Program-made: the position numbers and the translations under genes
Notes under the pieces: model-generated
The model's input: the letters and a program-made list of their open reading frames with translations, nothing else
Told to the model about the DNA's origin: nothing
Database searches by the model: none
Assembly (NCBI GenBank): GCA_046331425.1
Contig: JAXLQU010000020.1
Location: forward strand, 8,788-72,787
Source of the DNA: Acidobacteriota bacterium
GTDB taxonomy: Bacteria; Acidobacteriota; Polarisedimenticolia; J045
Direction of reading: 5' to 3'
Length of the DNA: 64,000 nt
In this document: positions 58,071-64,000 of the stretch, one piece after another
Numbering within the stretch: position 1 is the stretch's first letter
Layout of the letters: every line of letters begins with the position of its first letter

Positions 58071-59076
58071 CTTTCTCGCCGTCGAGGATTGGGCTTACGA
58101 CGATATCGATGCGCTGTTGATGCTGGCGACGCGGGTCAAGCGCGGAGACGTCTCTGGTGGCCTGACCGGGCTGACGCTGGCTGCGCTGTTCCTCGATCCC
58201 AGCCTGAGAACTCGAGCGAGTTTCGAGGCGGCGATGGCGCTCCACGGCGGTCATACGCTCGTGCTCGAGCCTGGACGCGGTGCATGGCCACTCGAACTGG
58301 AGCCGGGCGCCGTGATGGACGGCGCAACGGTCGAACACGCGATCGATGCAGCGCGCGTGTTGGGACGTTACGCCGACTTTCTGGCGGTGCGTTGCTTCCC
58401 TCGTGGTGCCACTTGGCAAGATGCACGACGTGACGATGTGCTGAATCTGTTTGCGAAGCACTGCGAGAAGCCGGTGATCAATCTGGAATCGGCGCGTCGC
58501 CATCCGTGTCAAGAGCTTGCCGACATGCAGACGATCGTTGAGAAGGTCGGGCGCACGCAGGGAAAGAAATTCGCGCTGACCTGGAGTTGGCACCCCAAGG
58601 CGTTGCCGACCGCAGTCCCAGCCAGCGCTGCCTTGGCCGCGGCACGACTCGGCATGGACCTCACGATCGCTCGCCCTGATGGTTACGATCTCGACAGCGA
58701 CGACATGGCGACTATTCAACGGATCGCAGAAGAGCGCGGCGGAAGCGTGACCACCACGGAGGATATGGACGATGCCGCCACCGGCGCCGTGGTGGTGTAC
58801 GCCAAGTCGTGGGGCGCTTTGGGAGATTTTGGCAACCCTGAACGCGAGTCGGAACGGCGTGCCGGACTTCGTCACTGGCGTGTGAGTAGCTCCCTGATGA
58901 AACGCACACACGATGCTGCCGGCGCCTTCATGCATTGCCTGCCGGTGCGCCGAAACGTCGAGGTCGATGACGCCGTGATCGATGGGCCATGGTCGGCGGT
59001 GGTCGACCAAGCGGAGAATCGTCTCCATGCTCAGCGCGCGCTGCTGTTGACTCTGGCTCGGGAGACACGCCGATGA
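58057..59076 (+). CDS. argF: N-acylornithine carbamoyltransferase ArgF' (AOTCase/SOTCase family)
   Basis: SLRT, VMDGATVEH, HPCQ, TWSWHPKAL and HCLPVRRN; these motifs are typical of ArgF' rather than classical OTC. Confidence 0.9.
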   Translation: MLERDFLAVEDWAYDDIDALLMLATRVKRGDVSGGLTGLTLAALFLDPSLRTRASFEAAMALHGGHTLVLEPGRGAWPLELEPGAVMDGATVEHAIDAARVLGRYADFLAVRCFPRGATWQDARRDDVLNLFAKHCEKPVINLESARRHPCQELADMQTIVEKVGRTQGKKFALTWSWHPKALPTAVPASAALAAARLGMDLTIARPDGYDLDSDDMATIQRIAEERGGSVTTTEDMDDAATGAVVVYAKSWGALGDFGNPERESERRAGLRHWRVSSSLMKRTHDAAGAFMHCLPVRRNVEVDDAVIDGPWSAVVDQAENRLHAQRALLLTLARETRR

Positions 59077-60002
59077 CACCAACATCGCAGCCTGGACTTT
59101 CGGGGTTGAAGGGGGCGCTGCGTTACGTCCGCGCCTACCGAGATCGAACCTTCGTCGTCAAGCTGGGTGGTGACGTGCTGGCCGATGCAAGGGCGCTCGA
59201 CAACGTCGCAACCCAGGTGGCGCTGTTGAACTCGTTGGGAATTCGCGTCGTGGTGGTTCACGGTGGTGGACCGCAAGCCAGCGCGTTGATGCGGCGGCTC
59301 GGCCTCGAACCGCAGATCGTGGCCGGCCGGCGAGTCACCGATGCTGCGGCACTCGAAGCGGCCGTGATGGTGTTTGCCGGTCAGCTCTCGACGCTGGTCT
59401 GCAGCGCACTTCGTCATCACGGCGTCGCGGCGGTCGGACTTACGGGCGTCGACGCCGAGTTGATCACGGCCGTTCGACGCCCACCGATGAGCGTGCGTCA
59501 TGACGACGGGCAAACCAGCGTGGTCGACTTCGGGCATGTTGGCGATATCACGGCGGTAGATCCACGGTTACTGACACATCTGCTCGATGCGCGATTCGTT
59601 CCTGTCGTTGCTTCCTTGGCGGGCGATCACGACGGCAACGTCTTCAATGTCAACGCGGACACGGTAGCCGGGAGGATTGCGGTCGCCTTGCAGGCTCAGA
59701 AGTTGATCTTTCTCACCGGCGCGCCTGGTGTGATGCGTGATCGTGCCGACCCTTCGACGTTGATCAGCTTCGCCGATGCCGATGACCTACAACCCTTGAT
59801 GTCCAGCGGTGCGATCGCCGGCGGGATGCAGCCGAAAGTAGAAGCGTGTCTTCGCGCCGTCGCGCACGGTGTGGAACGGACGCATGTCATCGATGGGCGC
59901 GCCGCCGACTCGTTGCTGCTCGAGGTGTTCACCGGTAGTGGCCTCGGCACGATGATCGTTCAGCGCAAGGGAATCGCCGATGCCGACGACGACGCTCAGT
60001 GA
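59073..60002 (+). CDS. argB: N-acylglutamate kinase
   Basis: VVKLGG, VHGGGPQ, NVNADT, GGMQPKVEAC; no fused GNAT domain. Confidence 0.92.
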   Translation: MTPTSQPGLSGLKGALRYVRAYRDRTFVVKLGGDVLADARALDNVATQVALLNSLGIRVVVVHGGGPQASALMRRLGLEPQIVAGRRVTDAAALEAAVMVFAGQLSTLVCSALRHHGVAAVGLTGVDAELITAVRRPPMSVRHDDGQTSVVDFGHVGDITAVDPRLLTHLLDARFVPVVASLAGDHDGNVFNVNADTVAGRIAVALQAQKLIFLTGAPGVMRDRADPSTLISFADADDLQPLMSSGAIAGGMQPKVEACLRAVAHGVERTHVIDGRAADSLLLEVFTGSGLGTMIVQRKGIADADDDAQ

Positions 60003-61053
60003 GGAGACTGCGCTTCTGGCGCAGCTCGTCGCACTTCCCTCGGTCAGCGGCGAGGAGCAGATCGTCGCCGCCGCCTTGCAGCGCGCGGCAACGGCACTTG
60101 GGTTGAAGGTGTGGTGCAACGACAACGGCGTCTTCATCGAGGTCGCGGGACGGTCTTCTGGTCCGACACTCGCGTTCCTATCGCACATCGATACGGTGCC
60201 GCCGGGCGACGGTTGGTCACGCAATCCTTTCGGCGCCGAGGTCGACGATGGACGCCTGTTTGGTCGCGGCAGTAGCGATGCCAAGGCATCGGTTGCCGCG
60301 ATGCTCTACGCAGCGCACGACCTGCAGCGATCGGGGTTGCCGTCGCGCGGGCGGCTGCTGGCGATTTTCGGGTTCAACGAGGAAACCAAGGCAACCTCGA
60401 TGCCGGCCGCGGTTGCAGAATGCGGCCGCTTGGATGCGGCGGTGATTGGTGAGCCAACGTCGTTGTCGTTGGCCTGCGCGCAGCGCGGATTGGTGGTGGC
60501 AGAAATAACCGCAAGCGGCACACAGCGACATGCTGCTCACTCGTCGACAGACGATGACAACTCGATCCTGCGATTGGCCCGCGACCTGCTGTGCGCCGAG
60601 ACGTTGTTCGCCGAGCGCGAGCACGCTTTGCTCGGTCGGGTCAGCGTCACGCCCACCATGATCTCGGGCGGGGTGGCACGAAACCTCACCGCACCGGCAG
60701 CCCACGCCGTGCTGGACATCCGCACCACACCTGATTGGACTCACGATGAAATCGAGTCGCTGTTGCGCAGCACTCTGAAGGCCGACGTCGTCATCGCCTC
60801 CAAGCGACTGCTTCCGTGCGAAACACCGCGCGAGTCGAGCTTGCTGGCGCTCGCCCAGCAATTGCGGCCCGAAGCGCGCCGCTACGGCAGCCCGACCTGC
60901 AGCGACTGGGTCTTCGTGAGGCATCTGGATGCGTTCAAGTGCGGCCCTGGCGACAGCGCGCTTTCGCATCGCCCCGACGAGTCGGTCGATTTGTTACAAG
61001 TCCGAGAGGCAAGGAAGTTCTACGCGGCGCTCGCCGCAGGGTATCTGTCGTGA
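59980..61053 (+). CDS. argE: M20 deacylase (N-acylornithine/N-acylcitrulline deacylase)
   Basis: SHIDTV, GRGSSDAK, NEE, GEPT, HRPDE; operon context. Confidence 0.85.
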   Translation: MPTTTLSEETALLAQLVALPSVSGEEQIVAAALQRAATALGLKVWCNDNGVFIEVAGRSSGPTLAFLSHIDTVPPGDGWSRNPFGAEVDDGRLFGRGSSDAKASVAAMLYAAHDLQRSGLPSRGRLLAIFGFNEETKATSMPAAVAECGRLDAAVIGEPTSLSLACAQRGLVVAEITASGTQRHAAHSSTDDDNSILRLARDLLCAETLFAEREHALLGRVSVTPTMISGGVARNLTAPAAHAVLDIRTTPDWTHDEIESLLRSTLKADVVIASKRLLPCETPRESSLLALAQQLRPEARRYGSPTCSDWVFVRHLDAFKCGPGDSALSHRPDESVDLLQVREARKFYAALAAGYLS

Positions 61054-62345
61054 AACACACACTGTGGGTCCAGAAGTCGAAGCCGCATCCGCGACTACTA
61101 GCGTTGACGGCCGGGAGCGACCGCGAGTGGGACACGAAACTGTTGCCATTCGATATCCAGGGCTGCATCGGTCACGTCGCAGGACTGCAGGCCAGTCGTT
61201 TGATTAGCGCCAACGAGGCAAGGAAGCTGACGAAGGCATTGCAGGCCGCTGCGTTGGCGTGCGAACGGGGCACGCTGACCGTTACCGAGCAGGACGAAGA
61301 CTGCCACAGTGCCATTGAAGCGTTCGTTACCGCACGACTCGGTGCATTGGGCGGCAAGCTGCACACCGCGCGCTCACGCAACGATCAAGTCGCCGCAGCG
61401 TTGCGGCTCTTCATGAAAGCGGCGCTGCTTCAGGTGCATGCGCGCGCGATCGAATTGGTAGAGTCGCTCCTTGGCCTCGCCGAGAAACACGGAGCCGCAC
61501 CCTTGCCCGGCTACACGCACACGCGACGCGCGATGCCGTCGTCGGTCGCGCTGTGGGCGGGAGCGTTCGCCTCCGGCCTGCTCGACACTCTCGATACATT
61601 GCCGGCGCTTTGGGTCAGCCTCGATCGATCTCCCCTGGGGAGCGCCTCCGGATACGGTGTGCCGCTTACGCTGGACCGCGCGGCAGCGGCCAAGGCGCTC
61701 GGATTCTCCGATGTCGATCTGCCGGTAACGCTCACCCAGAACTCGCGCGGCAAGCTGGAGGCTTCTGCCTTGTTTTGGTGCGTTCAACTCGGACACGACG
61801 CAAGCAAATTGGCCTGCGACGCAATTCTTTTCTCCGGCGAGGAGTTTGGATTGTTCGCAATCGACGGCTCCTTGACCACGGGGTCGAGCCTGATGCCTCA
61901 CAAACGCAATCCCGATCTGTTCGAGCTGGCGCGAGCCCGCGCTGCCGCACTCGAGGGAGATTTGGCTCGAGTGCGTGCCGTACGCGGTGGTCTCGCCAGC
62001 GGTTATCACCGCGATTTTCAGCTCCTCAAAGAGCCGCTGATGCGTGGACTCGACCGCGCGGCGGAGATGCTCGAGATGTTGGCGATTGGTATGGCGGGGC
62101 TCACACCCGATCGTGCGCGCGGCGCCGCAGCGATCGATGACGGTGTGCGCGCCACCGGCGAAGCGTTACGTCGTGCGAGAGCGGGCGTACCGTTTCGGCT
62201 GGCGTACCAACAGGTCGCTCGCGAGCTGGAGCAGGGGCTCACGCCACCACCGACAGCAGCGGCATCGTTAGATCTGAAGCCGTTCCGACGCCGGGTCGTC
62301 GCTGCAAGGCGCTGGTCGGTTTCATCCAAAGCGAGGCGCGCTTGA
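61050..62345 (+). CDS. argH: Argininosuccinate lyase (short form, ~431 aa)
   Basis: LHTARSRNDQ, PGYTH, SPLGSASGYG, TGSSLMPHKRNPD; GTGA overlap with argE. Confidence 0.92.
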   Translation: MKHTLWVQKSKPHPRLLALTAGSDREWDTKLLPFDIQGCIGHVAGLQASRLISANEARKLTKALQAAALACERGTLTVTEQDEDCHSAIEAFVTARLGALGGKLHTARSRNDQVAAALRLFMKAALLQVHARAIELVESLLGLAEKHGAAPLPGYTHTRRAMPSSVALWAGAFASGLLDTLDTLPALWVSLDRSPLGSASGYGVPLTLDRAAAAKALGFSDVDLPVTLTQNSRGKLEASALFWCVQLGHDASKLACDAILFSGEEFGLFAIDGSLTTGSSLMPHKRNPDLFELARARAAALEGDLARVRAVRGGLASGYHRDFQLLKEPLMRGLDRAAEMLEMLAIGMAGLTPDRARGAAAIDDGVRATGEALRRARAGVPFRLAYQQVARELEQGLTPPPTAAASLDLKPFRRRVVAARRWSVSSKARRA

Positions 62346-62547
62346 TTTCGATGTGCGTCGATCACGTCTTGCAGGATGCGCCCGCTCTCTCGGCGTTCGC
62401 ATGTCGTGAAGCGCTCGAACGACGCGGGGCGAGGGCGCCACGCTTCACGCTCGACGCCCGACCACCTGGGCGACGGTGGAATTCAATTTCGACAGGGCGC
62501 GATATCCTCAGCGCTGCCAACAGCGCTGACTACGATTGCCCACGACC

Positions 62548-62988
62548 ATGAGCGAGCACCGGCAAAAGCGCCTGTTGCGCATCCTCGAGCTGATTTCCAC
62601 CCACCCGATCGGAACGCAGGAAGGGCTCGCTGCAGCGTTGAAGGCCGATGGCTGGGACGTAACGCAGTCTTCGGTCAGCCGCGATATCGCAGCACTCGGC
62701 TTGGTCAAGGCCAAAGGGATCTATCGCAAACCGACGCGCATCGCGCCCGAGCCACAGAATCCGGATATCGAACGGATCCGCGAAGGGGTGTTGATGGTCG
62801 ACAACGCGGGCGATCACTTGGTGGTGATCCACACGCCGCCGGGTGAGGCGAACCGCGTGGCGGTAGCACTGGACCGGCTCACGTGGGAGGAGATCGCGGG
62901 GACGATCGCCGGCGACGACACCATCTTCGTCGCCGTACGCAGCGCGTCTGCTAGCAAGAAATTGGTGGCGCGACTGCGCGATCTCTAG
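62548..62988 (+). CDS. argR: Arginine repressor
   Basis: TQEGL, VTQSSVSRDI, GTIAGDDTIFV. Confidence 0.95.
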   Translation: MSEHRQKRLLRILELISTHPIGTQEGLAAALKADGWDVTQSSVSRDIAALGLVKAKGIYRKPTRIAPEPQNPDIERIREGVLMVDNAGDHLVVIHTPPGEANRVAVALDRLTWEEIAGTIAGDDTIFVAVRSASASKKLVARLRDL

Positions 62989-62995
62989 TGCTCGT

Positions 62996-63445
62996 TCACG
63001 TCCCGATGTCGACCGTCGCGCGCCACTTGCCATCCTCGCCTTTGCGCCAAACGGTGAGGTAGTTGCCGCGCCCTTCGATCGGCTTGCCGTCTTTGTCTTT
63101 GCCTTTGTACAGGTAGTGTCCGGTCGTGAAACCCAGATCTCCCGAAGGGAACACGGTGGCGGTATCGGGCCACCATTCCAGCGACGGCCCTCCCGGTGTC
63201 AGCAGCTTCGCCCACGTTTCGGCGATCTGTTGCGGACCGATGCTCTGCTCACGTCCATAGAACACAGCGTCCGCTGCGATCAGCGACTTGAAAAGCGGTG
63301 TGTCATCCTGCGCAACCGCGCGAGCCAATTCCAGGTCGGCCGCCTTGATCGCCGCCTCCGCCGCGACGATCGAAGCCCCTTCAGCCGCCAGCACCGCGGC
63401 AGGACTCGCCAACAGAACTGCCATGAGTCCCAGACTCATACGCAT
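62996..63445 (-). CDS. Exported NTF2-like (DUF4440/SnoaL) protein
   Basis: Signal peptide; SGDLGFTTGHY, GNYLTVWRKGEDGKWR. Confidence 0.85.
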   Translation of the reverse strand: MRMSLGLMAVLLASPAAVLAAEGASIVAAEAAIKAADLELARAVAQDDTPLFKSLIAADAVFYGREQSIGPQQIAETWAKLLTPGGPSLEWWPDTATVFPSGDLGFTTGHYLYKGKDKDGKPIEGRGNYLTVWRKGEDGKWRATVDIGT

Positions 63446-63583
63446 AAGAACCTCCTCGACAGATTGTCCCCTGAGTGGCCCACAAGGCCTGTAAAAGCAT
63501 GTGATTGGTTACTAACGAGAGTTATCGAGTACGAACACCACCCGGCATAGAATCGCCGGCGCGAGGGTCTCGTTGGAGGGGCG

Positions 63584-64000
63584 ATGCGTTTTTTCGGGTG
63601 GTGGTGGGTCGTTGCGATCGCCGTGTCGGCCGCGAACGCCAATGGCAGCAGTTCGAAAATCGATCGACTCGGGACGGCGGTGGTGCCCACGGCACAGTCG
63701 TTGGAACTCAGGGTCGATGCACGTCAGGACAATTACCAAGGTCGCACCACGATCGCACTTCGGGTGAAGCAGGCCACGAACAGTTTCCGGCTGCATGCCG
63801 CGGAACTCGAACTCGAGAGCGTCGCACTCACCCGCGCTGGAAAACCGATCACGATCACATTCGCCGCCGCGGGCGACGACCAGCTCGAGATCAAAACCTC
63901 CAAGCCGTTGACACCTGGAGGTGACTATTCGTTGAGCATCGAGTTCAAGAACAACTTCGATACGCGGGCGAATGCACTCTACAAACTGAACTACGAAGGG
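63584..64000 (+). CDS. 5' part of an exported M1-family aminopeptidase (runs off the window; absent from the ORF track)
   Basis: GGAGG SD; MRFFGWWWVVAIAVSAANA signal; RLGTAVVP, Y.G.TTI.L, RLHA.EL, GLY-like ALY motif. Confidence 0.75.
   Translation, partial: MRFFGWWWVVAIAVSAANANGSSSKIDRLGTAVVPTAQSLELRVDARQDNYQGRTTIALRVKQATNSFRLHAAELELESVALTRAGKPITITFAAAGDDQLEIKTSKPLTPGGDYSLSIEFKNNFDTRANALYKLNYEG

Noticed and set aside
53613-62345. LysW/ArgX carrier-protein pathway as the explanation for missing argA
   Set aside because: No small LysW (zinc ribbon with EDWGE tail) or RimK-like ligase in the window, and ArgF' acts on N-acylornithine

Overview
High-GC bacterial chromosomal window with no rRNA, tRNA or CRISPR seen. 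The C-terminal Cys domain of the 1066-aa exported protein suggests an Acidobacteriota host (inference). Contents in order: (1) 150-8007, a translationally coupled bacillithiol operon (bshC-bshB1-bshA) extended by an exported LmbE/PIG-L deacetylase, a 47-aa membrane peptide and a Na+/solute symporter. (2) A 1066-aa exported Asp-box protein. (3) A decayed mobile island at ~11.6-19.3 kb with an internally deleted IS5-type transposase and three co-oriented IS91-like end modules alternating with cargo (Fic; ArsR-SRPBCC-hydrolase). (4) XRE operon, GT87, APC permease, TetR-RND efflux and MarC. (5) A GT39-asnB-GT39 envelope cluster. (6) A pentaheme cytochrome c plus outer-membrane beta-barrel next to a TPR-barrel/FecR/CHASE2 adenylate cyclase/MBL-hydrolase signalling module. 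(7) TerC, Cu ATPase, OmpA, DUF481 and M28 peptidase. (8) An ArgR-boxed arginine operon argG-X-argC-argD-argF'-argB-argE-argH-argR that lacks argA and argJ. Best candidate for an undescribed system: gene X (DUF1611/DgcN-like P-loop protein) as the missing glutamate N-acyltransferase. ArgF' has Val at the acetyl/succinyl specificity position, which points to an N-succinyl arginine pathway. All family assignments come from motif recognition without database searches.
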